From NCBI GenBank assembly GCA_030265395.1, contig JARFYF010000017.1:22767566-22831565 (forward strand): DNA of 64,000 nucleotides. Direction: 5' to 3'. How positions within the stretch are numbered: the first letter of the stretch is position 1; every line of letters starts with the position of its first letter. The notes below the pieces were generated by a model, which had not been told where the DNA came from, searched no databases, and saw only the letters and a list, made by a program, of their open reading frames with translations. Positions 30,850 through 44,347 of this stretch are shown piece after piece. A program made the translations under genes and the position numbers. The stretch comes from Rhina ancylostomus (taxonomy: Eukaryota).

Positions 30850-32250
30850 GAAAATGATGCAAAGCTAAAATTTAGATGCACGTTGTATTTGGAACAAGGA
30901 TGTGAATTGAAAGCACAAGGGAAGAACAAAGCCATTACAGAAACGTGGTTGTAAACAGTAGCCAAGGTTGGGAATTAAATTTTCCAAGATACTTGTGGAA
31001 GAATGGATACTGATCAACCAGTTCTGAGATATTGTATATCTAGGCTTTCAGACGACACTCAAAAGTTTGTCAAAGTTAGAGCTCACATCATTAAGGATAA
31101 TGTGCTTACATAAACTGAGGATTGGTNNNNNNNNNNNNNNNNNNNNNNNNNNNNNNNNNNNNNNNNNNNNNNNNNNNNNNNNNNNNNNNNNNNNNNNNNN
31201 NNNNNNNNNNNNNNNNNNNNNNNNNNGTTAATGGAAATTAGGAATAAATGTGTTATTTCCAGATAGTGAGGCTGTATTCACTGGACTGCCATGGGACCCC
31301 AGCTGTTGACAATGGGACCAAGTGTAATAGATCCAATTTTGCTGATAATACTGAACTGAGTGGCAGTGTGGACTGTTTGGAGGATGCAGAGTGGCTTCAG
31401 GGGATATGGACAGTGAGAGGAGGTAAGGACCTGGAGGTGGAATGCCATGTGGTGTTCCACTTTGGTAGGAGGAAACCAGGAAGATATTATTCTTTAAAAG
31501 GTGAGAGATTGAAGGTTGCTGCTGTTCAGAGATTCCTTGGTGCCCTTGTGCATGAATCTCTGAAAGCTGACATGCAGTTACATCAAGTGTTTAGGAAAGC
31601 CAACAGTGCATTGTCCCTTATCTAATCAACTTTTTTGTTTGTTTTTACTCATACCACAATGATGGAAAACTGATGAGGTGGATTGGAGGTTCACCAGCTT
31701 AAACACTAGGATGGCAGGTCTATTGTATGAGACGCATTTACTGTATGAGGTGATTAGATTGGGCCTATGCTCTGGTATAAAACCAGAAAATGCTGAGGAC
31801 GCTAAGATCAGGCAGCATGTGTGGAAAAAGAATTAAAGATTTCAGGTTGAAGACTCTTTGCCAGAATGAGGAAAACCAGTTAGTTTTAAGTTGTGGAGAG
31901 TATGGATGAGAGCTGGGTGGGACAGAAGGGATGTACTCTCTTGAGTATGAAAAATGAAAGGTGATGTCATTGAAATGAACAAAATTATTAATAGACTTGA
32001 CAGGGTGGATCTGATTGCGAAATCTAGATCTAGGGTATGTAGCCTCAAAACAAGAGGTTGGCCATTCAGGTCTGCGATGAGGAATTTCTTCATCCAGTAA
32101 GAAGCAAATCTTTGGAATCCTCTGCTTGGCTTGTGGAGTTTCAGTTGCGGAATATATCAGACACAGATCATTAGATCTTACTGTTCAGGGAAGTCAGGAA
32201 AATGGCATTAAGAATAGAAAAGTGCCGATATGAAAGATCAGCCATGATCT
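30850..32250 (+). mobile_element. decayed CR1-clade LINE fragments with an inserted Penelope-type piece at about 31780-31925
   Basis: FADNTELSG (FADDTK), CHVVFHFGR and LGALVHESLK motifs; 3' tail GATCAGCCATGATCT. Confidence 0.75.
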
Positions 32251-32332
32251 TTGGTAGCACTTAGTTTTCCATCATATTGATATTGGTAAAAATAAAGTTG
32301 AGTAAGTGTTCCATTACTAGTTTACATCATAG

Positions 32333-32460
32333 GTCCATGAACACTACCTCTATTTCTCTTTTGCACTATTTTTGTAACTGTAGTAATTTTTATGTCTTGC
32401 ATTGTACTGCTGCAAAACAAATTTCACGACATATGTCAGTGATAATAAACCTGATTCTGA
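32333..32460 (+). mobile_element. Rex1/L2-like LINE 3' tail about 50 nt upstream of SPG7 exon 16
   Basis: ATGAACACTACCTC...AATAAACCTGATTCTGA, matching 20950-21092. Confidence 0.85.
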
Positions 32461-32511
32461 TGGCTTTAATGACATGCCCAATTATGCTTCACTTTTTTCT
32501 TAATTCTATAG

Positions 32512-32589
32512 GAAGTCAAATTACTGGTGGCCCGTGCTTACAGACACACGGAGAAACTGATAATGGATCACAGGGATAAGCTTAATACA
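32512..32589 (+). CDS. SPG7: SPG7 exon 16 (78 nt)
   Basis: ttctatag| EVKLLVARAYRHTEKLIMDHRDKLNT |gtaagt. Confidence 0.96.
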
Positions 32590-32794
32590 GTAAGTTGCTG
32601 CTATTGAACACTGGAATAGAGGAATGGAATGAATTTTTTTTCATTAAGGTACAGGAAATTATATTTAGTCACAAATTAAGACTGATAGGAGGTTACTATT
32701 TTTGGTTTTCCAAAAAAAGATTACTTTAAATAATTGTTTTCAAGTGTTTTATCTGGAATTAGTGGTGATAATTGACATCCAGGATAAGATCCAG

Positions 32795-33040
32795 TGGCAT
32801 AACTAGTAGAACTGCTGCCTCACAGGACCAGCAATCCAGGATCAATCTACAACTCAGTACTGTCTGTGTGGAGTTTGCATGTTCTCCCTGTGACTGCATG
32901 GGGCTACTCTGGTTTCCTGTGACAATCCAAAGACATGGGTTGGTAGGTTAAGTGGCCACACTAAATTGCCTCTTGTGTATAGTTAAGTGGTAGACTATGG
33001 GGGGGAGTTGATGGATTGCAGTGAAAATAGATTATAGAGA
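32795..33040 (+). mobile_element. V-SINE copy
   Basis: CTGCTGCCTCACAG...GTGGAGTTTGCATGTTCTCCCTGTGACTGCATGGG. Confidence 0.8.
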
Positions 33041-35189
33041 AAATCTGTGGGATGATGAGATTGCTCTGGGAGCTTAATTGCCCCTATTTACATCATAACA
33101 AAATATGGACATTAATTTTTTTTGTTGACAAAAAATTAATTTTAAACATTTGAGTTCTGCCGCTGGGGAGTTGTGCTTCGGAGGGGCCAAGGTGAATTAT
33201 TTTACTGCAGCCGTGGGGAGGAAGTGGTGAATCATGGTTGAATCAGGCTGGGATTGGTGAAGGTTGAGTGTGTACTGAAGTAGGCTGAGAAGCACTGAGA
33301 TTGCAGTTGTGCCAAGGTTAGCTGAGGCAAATTGTGGTTGTGCTTGGAGGACTTCCTGATGGACAAGTAGTCACAATTTGCATTCACGTGACCTTTGAAT
33401 CTCGGGTTCTTAATCTGTATGTCACGTTATTTTTCAAACACTCATTTATTGCTCAATATACTGTATCCTTTAAAATTGGTTGTGTTTATTGATGAAAAGT
33501 TGTGTGGCAAATTAGGAATTCAGAAAAGATTACCAAGTGAAGTGCAATTTTTAGCTTCATACAAAACCTTAAAAACCAGTCTTTAGTGTACTGGATGTGG
33601 AGTCTGGCTCAATAATAACGTGTTGTAATGATGGATTGTCCTTTATTGTCACACCTGGGAGAACTTGTCCTGTTTTTACTTGTGTTTTCCATATTCTTAC
33701 TACCAATTCCTTTTCTAAAATTTCATTTCTCAGATCCGAGTGAACAGTTCTGAGAAGTTTAAAATAAAGCAAGTAGAAGATGAAATGGAGCTGGAAGATC
33801 CAGGGGTGTGGANNNNNNNNNNNNNNNNNNNNNNNNNNNNNNNNNNNNNNNNNNNNNNNNNNNNNNNNNNNNNNNNNNNNNNNNNNNNNNNNNNNNNNNN
33901 NNNNNNNNNNNNATTATACAATGTTCTTTCTGACACAGTTGGTATCCAATGCCAAGAAAGCTGGTGATCTGGATATTTGGCACTACCTAGCTCAAGAACA
34001 ATCTGGAAACATTTTTTGCGTCGCTTTCTAGAGGGAGACTTGCAGATCTCCAGCTGATTTACTTTTTGCAGGGATATAATTGCTTGATTCTTTAAATTAT
34101 TCTAATTTAACTTTCACTTGTTCCTGTTGGGTAATAGTTCAGATCTTAGTTATTTAACATGCACACTTTCCTGCCAGCGCACAGACAACTTAAAAACACA
34201 CTGGGGGAGAAAAAGCTCAAATATAACATTTCCATAAGCATTATGTTACAGAACTACTAATAGCATTTGTGTTTACCATTGTCTTGTAAAATGTATTTGG
34301 TTAAAGTGATATCTTGAAAAATGTCCTTGGGAGTTGAAAATTGAAACAGTTTGCTTTCTGCAAACAATTTTAATTTGTTTTATTTAACCAGGTGCTGCTT
34401 TTGAAGTCCTCTCAGATTACTGAGAAGAGTATCCATCTGCCTATTATATGCAACTTCAAAAGCTACACCTGCATAAAGTAAAATTCACCCACTTTAACTA
34501 CCAAAAGTAAGAATGTTCTCCCTCAATCACCTCCTTAGCAGGGTTGACCCTTATTGGTATGTGCTCCCAATTACACTCTCCCTGTTTATCCAAGGCAGCC
34601 AAGTTCATCACAGAGATGTTGTCCATATAGCATTAAATCTGCTCAAGATTTCAGAAAGCTGTTTTGCAGCTAAACAGTAATCACCTGCCATTGTCCATTC
34701 TGTCAGTCCCAAGTATGGAGTGTGTTGCATTTACAGTATCTGCCATGGTCATGAAGTTGGCTAAACTGCTGCATATTTCAGTCCTATTTACTTCTCTATT
34801 GGCAAATCTTGCAAAAAGCTTTCCACTTGCATGATTTGTTTGTAGCAGAACAAATAAGAATTAACAAGTATCAACAATATAGAAGCTAGAATTTGTCTTT
34901 GTATTGCAAAGTCCAAGTGGGAGCTGCGAGAAAAATGGAAATTCTGCCTGCAAGGGATGACTTGATTGTTATTCTAGTGAATGAGCTTGTAGAAAGAGAA
35001 GGGGTAAAGATAGATATCAAATACCAGAAATGGCAATATTTCAACAGTGTTAAGACTTAGCTTCCTGAGTTGTCAAAATTCTACCTCTGATTAACTAGTC
35101 ACCGCATTTTATATTTTTTTTAAATCACATTTTCATGAATATGCCACACATCAGTGGTGTGGCTTGTACTAAATGAAAGTAGTCCAAAG

Positions 35190-35875
35190 CGTATAGGAGC
35201 ATGCATATGAATCAGGAACAGGCCATTTGGTCCCATGAACCTGCTCTATCATTTAATGAGATTGTAATTGATCTTGTTGTAACCTCAACTCTGATTCCCA
35301 TGTACCTGTGCTAAGCTTTCAGTTTGTTGTTCATAAAGTATCTATTTATCTCTGCCTTAAAAGATTCGGTCTCTTTCCACTGCTCTTTGAGGAAGAGAGT
35401 TCCAAAGATCTGTGACTCTCCTGAGGAAAAAACATTCACCTCGTCTGTCTTAGGTATATAATTGGTACTCTATACGTAGATTTTCCCATGAAAAAACATC
35501 CTCTTCACGTCTCTTCTGTCAAGACCAATTGAGATCTTGTATATTTTGATCAAGGCCTTTCTCACCCTACTGATCTCCAGCAGATAAAAGCCTGGCTTGT
35601 CAAACCTTTCCTCATTAGACAACACACCCATTCCAGATATCAGTCGAGTAAATTTTCTCTAAACTACTACCTCATTAACATCTGCTTTTAAATAAGGAGA
35701 CAGTTCTCTGGATGTGGTCTCACCAATGTCCCATGTAACTGAAGCAAAACCTTCCTATTTTATATTCAGTTTCACTAGCAATAAATGATAAAATTCTGTG
35801 AGTTTTCCTAATTACATATTGTACCTGCATACCAGCCTTTTGCATATCATCTGCAGATTCTCTGCATTCTCTAGT
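35190..35875 (-). mobile_element. decayed CR1 LINE 3' fragment
   Basis: Reverse ORF GMQVQYVIRKTHRILSFIASETEYK; CR1 tail (AGGAACAGGCCATTTGG) at the left end. Confidence 0.7.
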
Positions 35876-36048
35876 ATTTAGATGATATGCTGTTGTATTT
35901 TTCAATTACAGTTGCTTCAAATTCAAACATTTACTCTTTGGTTTATCAGTTCAAAATTCTATCAGAGGTATGAATACTAATCTAATTTTTGAGCTAGAAT
36001 GATGATTTGATTTGTGACACAGTTTAAAATAATTATTAAAGCTTATAA

Positions 36049-36261
<213 letters not shown>

Positions 36262-36409
36262 GATGGCTGTTTAGAAAAACTGAGGTGATTGTTACAGTCT
36301 TGCAAAATTAAGGATGGAACGTTGAGAATGTTGGTAGAGCTGAGATTCGAGGAGAGGAATTAAATGGGAGGAATTGCTATTTGAATGTGATTATGTACTG
36401 TTGGGCATC

Positions 36410-36700
36410 TCCAGTGACCTGAGCATAAAAGCTTTGGTTGACAGTCCAGTGCAGTACAAGAAATACTGCACCATCAGAAGTGCCATCTTTCAGATGATGA
36501 AATAAACTAAGAGACTGGTCTCCAGGGTGGGTATAAAAGGTCTCATTCCACCAGTTTAATGGGAACCAGGAGAATTATCCCAGTTTATAAGGCCTTTATT
36601 CTACAAAAGCATTANNNNNTTGCTTTTGTGGGAGCTAGCTGTGTGTGGATATCGGTTTCAGCGTTTCCTACATTCTAAGAGTCACTTTAGGATGATCTCA
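36410..36700 (+). mobile_element. DeuSINE-like (SacSINE1/AmnSINE1 core) in the SPG7 3' UTR region
   Basis: CCAGTGCAGTAC..ACTGCACCATCAGAAGTGCCATCTTTCAGATGA resembles the Deu-domain core as recalled. Related decayed copies near 14570-14740(-), 28660-28890(-), 37620-37900(+), 40840-41090(-) and 49560-49820(+). Confidence 0.6.
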
Positions 36701-37292
36701 ACCTTGAAAGATGGCCAATAAGTCTAAGACTTTTTTTATAGCTGATCTAAACAAATAAAACAAAAATAGGAAAATCAAAAAATGTTGATGCTGGAAATTT
36801 GAAATAAAAACAGAAAATGCTAAAAATATTCTCAGGTTAGGCAGCACCTTTTGGAAAGAGTAGCAGTTAACATTTTGGATCAAAGACCTTTCATCTATCC
36901 TGCTTTTATTTCAGAACCAAAATATGGTCATGTGCAACAGTCGATAGACACTATATAACTAGTTGCCACATGGACCAAATTTATCCCATCTTCTGTCCTG
37001 CTATGGTTAGATCGACACATGAAATATGAAAAACCATGTTTCACTGCCACTGCATTGACCCCATAAGGTATTTTTTCCCCTTGGGGTCAGTGTAGTTCAG
37101 CGAGTTTTTCATTATCTATTATTTGGAGATCATTGGCTTTCATTGGAAGGCCATTTATAACAGATATGGATATATTTTTAGTAACTTTCCATTAATATTT
37201 TTGTTTTCTTTCATTCAGGAACTGGTTTTCCATATTTTCTTTGCACTAGGACGTGGACTTGTATGTTATTTACTCCACCAGTTAAATAGATG

Positions 37293-37298
37293 AATAAA
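37293..37298 (+). terminator. candidate SPG7 poly(A) signal (alternatives at 36501 and about 37572)
   Basis: AATAAA followed about 25 nt later by a GT/T-rich tract (tctgttctggtttt). Usage is not provable from DNA. Confidence 0.4.
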
Positions 37299-39199
37299 AT
37301 TGCCTTTTGGAAATTATCTGTTCTGGTTTTAACAAAAAAGCTTGGTCTGTGATGTGTAAATTATGTTCAAATAGGCTATTGTGAATATTTGTACAGCAAG
37401 ATAATCCATTTAATATTTGCCATGTAAAATGTGCTATTGTACTTAGCTTCTAATCTCAATGAAAGATCTAAGACTTTTCCTAGGTTTTTAGTGAAACAGT
37501 TTAGAACATATGGTTGATGTAGATCATTTTAATGACCTAATAAAGATAATTTCAGAGACTTTGAATTTCCAAATAAATAAAATATTTGTATGACAGATTT
37601 AATAACATGTATTTATTTAAAAAAGGCAGAAACTGCCTTAAAATATCAAGCTCTGTCTTTCAACAGATGTAAAAGGATTCCATTGCACATTTCAGAGAAT
37701 AAAGGTAGATCCAGTATCTTGGCTGATATTTATCCATAAACACAACGATGTTGTGCTAATGTTAATTGATCCTTGTCCAATCTTGTTGAGGATAGATTAG
37801 TTACTGGGTTTTCCCATAATTGCAATAATTACCACATTTCAAAATACTCTGCTATTAAGTACTCTGGCCTGTTCTGATTCTGTGCAAAATGCTCATATAA
37901 ATGCATACTATTCCTTGTCCATCGTGTTAGTTTCATTTACAGTTATCTGATTTTCAGCCACAAAAACAATATTCATGTGTGTTCCAAAGATAAAATATCC
38001 TATCCAATATAGGATTGTTCATCCACTTCTGAAAGATCCTGAATTTGCTTACTTGTCTAGACTAAGTTCTCTCTGAACAAATAACAGCAATTGTGCAGAG
38101 ATGCTATAGTGTTAATATTTCAAGTTGACAGAAGGATATTGATTACCTTCCTTCCTGAATGTTCTCTAACTTGCTGCATTTTTTTGTTTCTGGTTAAGAT
38201 GTCCAGCATGTATAGTATTTGGTTCTTAGTCCAGCTCATCTCTCTGAGCTATATAGAAAATAACCTCCAGTGCTCTATTTCTGCTTACTGATTTGTACTG
38301 GAAGCTGTATTTATGAGTGGTGGATATTGGCTCTATGATGCTCCAATTCTGGAAAGACTATCATAGCTTATCGCCAAGGGTCTGTATGAAAATGTATGGC
38401 CATTCATAGTAATGAATTGGGGTGTATTAATACTCTCAATTTTGGTGGGAACAAATGTATTAGTAGCCTTGGCTGAGCCTTTTGTTTTCTGACAGGAACT
38501 GGGGAGGCAAGAAGCATATAATAGGGTATATCACGTGGTGGGAATGGTAGGCTGTTTGACTGGAGTATTACATCTTAGTGTAATTCTTGCCTCATGGAGA
38601 CTGAATGATTATACATCAAATATAATGAATCACTTGAGAATGCTGTCATGTTTTCTACCTTCCTATTCCACTTGCAAATGTAGTTACTGGTATTAATTGC
38701 AACATCTCAGTACTGTAAGACAGGGATTGAACTCGGGACACTTTTTTGTATTATTTGGCAAATTACACAAATTATTTTCGAGTTCCAGGCTGGTGTGGAC
38801 CATCCTCATTTGGGATTATTAGTTTGCTTAGCTTTTACTTGTACCAAATCCAATCCTGGGTAGATTTTCTCTACAACCCTAAAGCAGTAAAGAACATTAT
38901 TTATGTACTGCAATCTCTGAAATTGTAAGAAGCCAAAATATGACTGTTTTCTCTATAAATGATGATTTATTTGTGTATTTTCATCTGCTTTTCAGAATGC
39001 TTGTATCTTAAATATTTGAATACATGTACTCTCATTGTCCTATCACAGAAATATTTCATGCACTTATTTTAAATTAGTCACTTATTTATGCAATTGAAAA
39101 GACCATTTTCTCTTTTACATGCAAGGAGGTCATTTTATTCATGGAATCCATGGTGGTCACTATACTGTCTCCATTAGTTTTCCTTGTACCCTCTACTTT

Positions 39200-39435
39200 C
39201 CCATTAATTCACCCCAGATTCTAACAGTTACTCACAAAGTATGGGCAAATATAATGGCTAATTAACCTGCCAACTTGCAACTCTTTGGGATGTGGGAAGA
39301 AACAGTGCACCTGAGGAAAGCCCCCACAGTCACAGGGAGAATATGCAAATTCCACCCAGACAGCACCACATTTCAGGATTGAACCCAGTTTGCTGGAGCT
39401 CTGCATCAGCAGTGCTAGTAGCTGTACCACTCTGC
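39200..39435 (-). mobile_element. V-SINE copy
   Basis: Reverse complement of the V-domain (CACAGGGAGAATATGCAAATTCCAC). Confidence 0.75.
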
Positions 39436-42400
39436 CAAGTCATTCCAGATCAAGATCCTACAAACTATTCTGACGATGGACATTAACTGGGATATTAACA
39501 ACCTAATACCATGACAATATCCATCTGTGCCACTGGAACAGGCAGACAGAACTGCAAATGAACATCTCATCTTGGGTGCACTTTTCACAATGTGGCATTG
39601 CAGTGATAACTGATTCTTTATTATCAATTTCCATTATCCCACTTCTAGAGTAGAGTTCATGAGCACACTTTCTCAAAGACAGAATTAATGCTAAACAAGT
39701 TATTTCAGCCATAATGTGTGTCTATAGATAATACAGGCCTTCATGCATTACCACAGTGAAGCCACTTCGTTGGCTGTAGAAGACGAAGTGTCTTGATGCT
39801 TTTGTGTAAGGCACGTCATGAATGCAGGCATTTGAAAAACATTGAAATCATTGGTGACAAGGAGGAACTGGGGAAAATAAATTTATTTAGCAGCCCTCAG
39901 TAGATTGTTGCCTATTAATGCAGCATTCCTGTTTTTGTTGTTTTCTGCAAAGGCTTTGATTCAAATTGAGCAATTTTGTGCATTGAAACTGTGTCCATTT
40001 CAAATTTTAAAGCCACTTGCCCAATCACCTTGGTTGCCATCCATATCCTAAATGTTTCAAAAAAAGGAAGAAACGTTCTCATAATTAGCATTTCATTGCT
40101 ATTATTTCTTATGTACTCTTAAACTTAAATCTCAGTAAAGCCATCAGACTGTGTCGTTAATAGTAAAAACTTGCCTGAACAAATTACTAAAAATTCCATT
40201 TTATACCTAACTACTTAGTGTAATTTGTAATAATTACAAATTATTAGTGTGTAATGTAGTGTAGTGTAATTTGTGCCTATTGCTAAAAGATTATTTGTTT
40301 CTTGGCACCACCAACTGGTTACATATAGAAGTAGCATGGTTGTACAATACAACTAATCCGGTTAAAGGATGTAGCACATTCACTTTTAATATCCCTCACA
40401 ATTTTCATAAAGAATAGGACTGGATAGTAGGAATTAGTACAGTTTAAGTTAATACTTTCAGAGGGGAAGAAATTTGTTTTTCTTTTAGGATTAAAGAACA
40501 GCAATTAGCTTTACATCAAAACAATTTACATTTGTGATGCATAGTGTATATGATGCAGGCTAATAAATTCATGGCTAGACATTTTCCTAAAAATCAAATT
40601 GTAATATAAATGTAAATATATTACAAAGCTAATTTTATTGAAATGGGAGTTTTTTTCCCCCAAATAGATGGCTTTGTGCCACAAGAACACAGAATATTTT
40701 TAAAAGCCTTTTGGTATTCGGTTCTCCTGGCAAACTTCAAGTCTGCAGATTGTCATTTAACGTTCACATGCAACAAATATAATATTAGGAAGAATAAGAA
40801 GATCATTTAATTTTCTATAGGTAGAAATTAAATGTCAATGGCAACACCTTTCAGAAACTCAGGACATCCCAAAATGCATAACTGCCAATGAATTTTATTG
40901 AAGTGTTGTCATTGTGAAGCTGATTGAGATAACTATTTATCAGGATATGGGAGCTTTTAAATTCTCTTAAGAGAACAGAAGAGTGCTGTGGTTTAACATC
41001 ACATCCAAAAAAAAATAAGCTCTGATAGTCCAGCCTCCCATCAGGAATCCCACAAGTTTTTTCTTGTGACTTGAAATGTCAGCCTTCTGATTGATATTCA
41101 GATGTAGTCAGTCCCTCTGGTTTGAGTATAACTTGCTTCCACACTTGTTCTTTGGTTCTCATGAAGCTGATATGGGATCCACAGACTCTGCCTCAGATGG
41201 ATGACTGGATACGTGGGCATTATTGTAAATTATGCTCTCCTCCTATTTCAGTTGGTCTGCACACCACCACATGAAGAAACTTGAGGTTTTCAATGCCATC
41301 CCCAGATGTTCCTTTTCAATATTGATTGGTCCTGAGCCAGGGATTTCTGTGAATTGATAAATTGTATATGGCGGGTTACTACAATGAACTGGTAGATCAG
41401 AATATTGAATTGTTTTCATGTCCTGAAGCTTTGAGAATGTACTTGAAATGATTCTTCTGGTAATCTCTTGCTTGGAGCTTGGATATAGACCTGTTTTAAG
41501 AGTCTTCTATCTGGCACACAAATTACATGGCCCACCTATTGGAGCTGGCTGTGTAATTACAGTAAAAGTCTGATAATCTGGTATCTGATTGTCCAGAAAA
41601 TATAATGGTTCAGCATCTGCCTCATTCATTAATATTGGTAACTAAATGAATCTATTCTGGTCCAGTCCAAAAAAGCAGGAATGGGTACCTGTGTTCACAA
41701 GGTTGGTCCAAAATGGGGGCTGGGTGTGCTGTCAGAACAGGGTACTTCATTGCCAAGTGTGTGAGAAAAGCCAGGGTCTAGAGTGCTGAAACTCTATTTC
41801 CAGGGAGATTTACTTTGTTTACATTTATGGAGAGGACATTTCCAGCAGTTTCAGAGGTATCCAAATTTTTAAATTTATCTGTGGGAAGTCACAGCCCCCA
41901 TCCTTCATGAATAACAAACACTTGTATGTTACAATATTATGTAGCCTATGTTGGGTGCAGTACATGAATTTACTGTATTACTGTACAAGCTGTCCAGGGG
42001 TAATGAATGGGTTCTGCTTTTACAAGCATTCATCGGTCAATTTTAACCGTAGGTCAGAAAATACACAAAAATCAGTCAATGTGGTAACCATCTCTTCATT
42101 CATAGTATTGTAATGAAATGTATCAAAAGCACATAAGACTGATAAGAAAGAACTGAAAGTGGAGGGGGGGGAACTATTCTGCCATTCATAGGAACAAAAA
42201 TATGTACATAGGTTGGACTTTTGAATTTAATAATATTATGGAAGCTTGGTTGCATGTAGGGGTATCCATAAATTGGGCATTCATAATCTGAGGATTGACC
42301 TGTACTTGTGTAATGTGTAAAAAAAAGTGAAACAAAGGAAGTTGGTTATTATTAGGAGTAACATTCAATAGTCTGGAAAATCACTTATTGTGGCACCACT

Positions 42401-42729
42401 GAAGTCTCAAGGTGCCGGATTATTGAGTTTGATTGTAGTGCCTCAGTACTGGGGATATTGATCTGGGAATGGTTGCTGCCTGACCTGTAAAGCATTTCTT
42501 ATTTGATTTTACTTTAGACTTCATAAAGTTGCCGGTGCTCATGTTGGGATCGCTTCCGGTTTGTGTATAAACTGCATTTGAAACTTTAACATTTGTCCTC
42601 TCCAAATTTTCATTGTTCCTGAACCTCACCATACTGCTGCACATAACGTCGACCGTTCATTTCCCTCCATTGATGCCGCCTGACCTGCTGGTTCCTCCAG
42701 CATTTTGTGTGTGTTGCTGACAATAAACC

Positions 42730-42866
42730 GGCCCGGCTGTCGGCCTCCCTCCCGGTGCCCACCACTGAGCGGGGCCCGGCTGTCGGCCTCCCTCCCGGTG
42801 CCCACCACTGAGCGGGGCCCGGCTGTCGGCCTCCCTCCTGGTGCCCACCACTGGGCGGGGCCCGGC
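42730..42866. repeat. 43-bp GC-rich tandem repeat, about 3.2 copies
   Basis: Unit GCCCGGCTGTCGGCCTCCCTCCCGGTGCCCACCACTGAGCGGG at 42731, 42774 and 42817. Copies 1 and 2 are identical; copy 3 has 2 substitutions. Confidence 0.97.
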
Positions 42867-42931
42867 CGCAGCCTCTGCGCTGATTGGTTGATCTTCGCCG
42901 GCTCTACATATCCCAGCATACCCGGCGTTGG

Positions 42932-42966
42932 CTCTTTCTTTTCCCGCGGCCATTTTCCTGCTGACG
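42932..42966 (+). other. RPL13: RPL13 non-coding exon 1 with TCT initiator / 5'TOP tract
   Basis: CTCTTTCTTTTCCC pyrimidine tract typical of ribosomal-protein TSSs, then donor ACG|GTATGT. Exact TSS base uncertain. Confidence 0.85.
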
Positions 42967-43871
42967 GTATGTCGTGGGTGAGGGCGCGGATAATCCGGCT
43001 CCATCGTAGGGTTTCGTTGGGTCATCCATAGATGCACCAATGTGCAGAGAAATGGGGAAGGACGGAGCCTCGATATCCGTGACTATTTCAAACGAAAAAT
43101 GCGGTTAAAGCGAGTGGGCCGGGCTTTCCGTGCGCCGGGGCCTAAGGTGGAGGCAGCGGACAGGTTATGCGGATCATGTGTCGGTTCCTCCGGAGGGTGA
43201 GCGCTCTCCGCTGCTGCTCCCCCCGCCTCTGCCGGTGTCCCCTCCGCCGCTGCTGGCCTCCCTCCGCCGCCGGACCCGCTGCACCGTCTGATGGGCGGCA
43301 TGTTGCCGGCTGCCAGGGTTGTGGCGAGGAGTTGCAGAATAGTTCTTGTTCCCTGGAAGCGTTGAGCAGGTTAGGCAGCATTCTCCCATGGAGAACCTTC
43401 ACATTTCGGGTCAATAACCTTCCATCAGAACGGTTCACCGAGACGCTTGTTCTGTTTTTGGAGCACTTGTCCCGTTCGGATTGACTGCTGAGTCGATATG
43501 TTGGTTTTCTCCGCCTTGTTTCTCGTTTGTTCCCCGCGGTGCACACTGCGTCCGAAAGCAGCGAGAGTAATTGCTGTTCTTTTGGGAGGTTCAACAAAAT
43601 GGATGAAGAGCCGAGCAGTTTCATTATATCAGTCCGTCCGTAAAAGCTTTCAGCGTATCTTTCTTATTTTCGGATGCCCATTCATCTGCAGAGGTGGCAG
43701 AGGGGTTTTATGGTTTTCTAATATACGTGCAAAACATCTCTGCCGGCCTCTTAATTTTATTTTGTTTAAATCTTCTGAACAGTAGTTTGGTCATACAGTA
43801 GCTGCATTATATCAGATCAGTTATTTGTTTTTCACATTTTACCTGTTTTAGGTGGTTTCACCGTTCAATAA

Positions 43872-43988
<117 letters not shown>

Positions 43989-44285
43989 TAACACTTTTCC
44001 ATAAAAGGAAGTTTTTTTTTTAAGGAAGAGAGAAGTAGCTAGGACAATATTTGGTTAGATGTAAGAAGGTTTATAGATATGTGTTCCTAAGAACTTGTGC
44101 AGCAGCCACCCTTGAGTTTGGGGCAGAGCAGTGGCATCGAGTACACATGTAGATCTGCCTTTTTACCTGCAGATGACTGAAAAAAAATTCCAGAATAATT
44201 TGTAATTGAGAAAGCATTTAAAATCAAAGGTTGCTTACGACAGTGATCGGCCCTGATGTGAGAGCCGGCCATTTATCCTTCCTAG

Positions 44286-44347
44286 GCTGTTTCTTGAGGT
44301 TGATGACTAGTGCCTGATGGGGCCGATCTGGGACACAATGTTGTGTG
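44286..44347 (+). other. putative 62-nt poison (PTC) cassette exon in RPL13 intron 2
   Basis: Branch-like CCCTGAT 44251-44257, acceptor TTTATCCTTCCTAG|G, donor GTG|GTGGGT, in-frame TAG at 44308-44310. Embedded in a stem-loop. Confidence 0.5.

Larger units (their letters stand above)
42640..43750. promoter_or_regulatory. CpG island / RPL13 promoter, exon 1 and intron 1
   Basis: Abrupt GC- and CpG-rich stretch in an AT-rich background. GC box GGGCGGGG at 42853-42860, inverted CCAAT (ATTGG 42883-42887), TATA-like TACATA 42905-42910, YY1-type GCGGCCATTTT 42946-42956. Confidence 0.9.

Noticed and set aside
42730-42866. CRISPR-like array
   Set aside because: Head-to-tail repeat without unique spacers, in a vertebrate promoter.
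42626-43785. Several 70-160 aa ORFs on both strands in the CpG island
   Set aside because: Explained by high GC content and the 43-bp tandem repeat; no recognisable domain.
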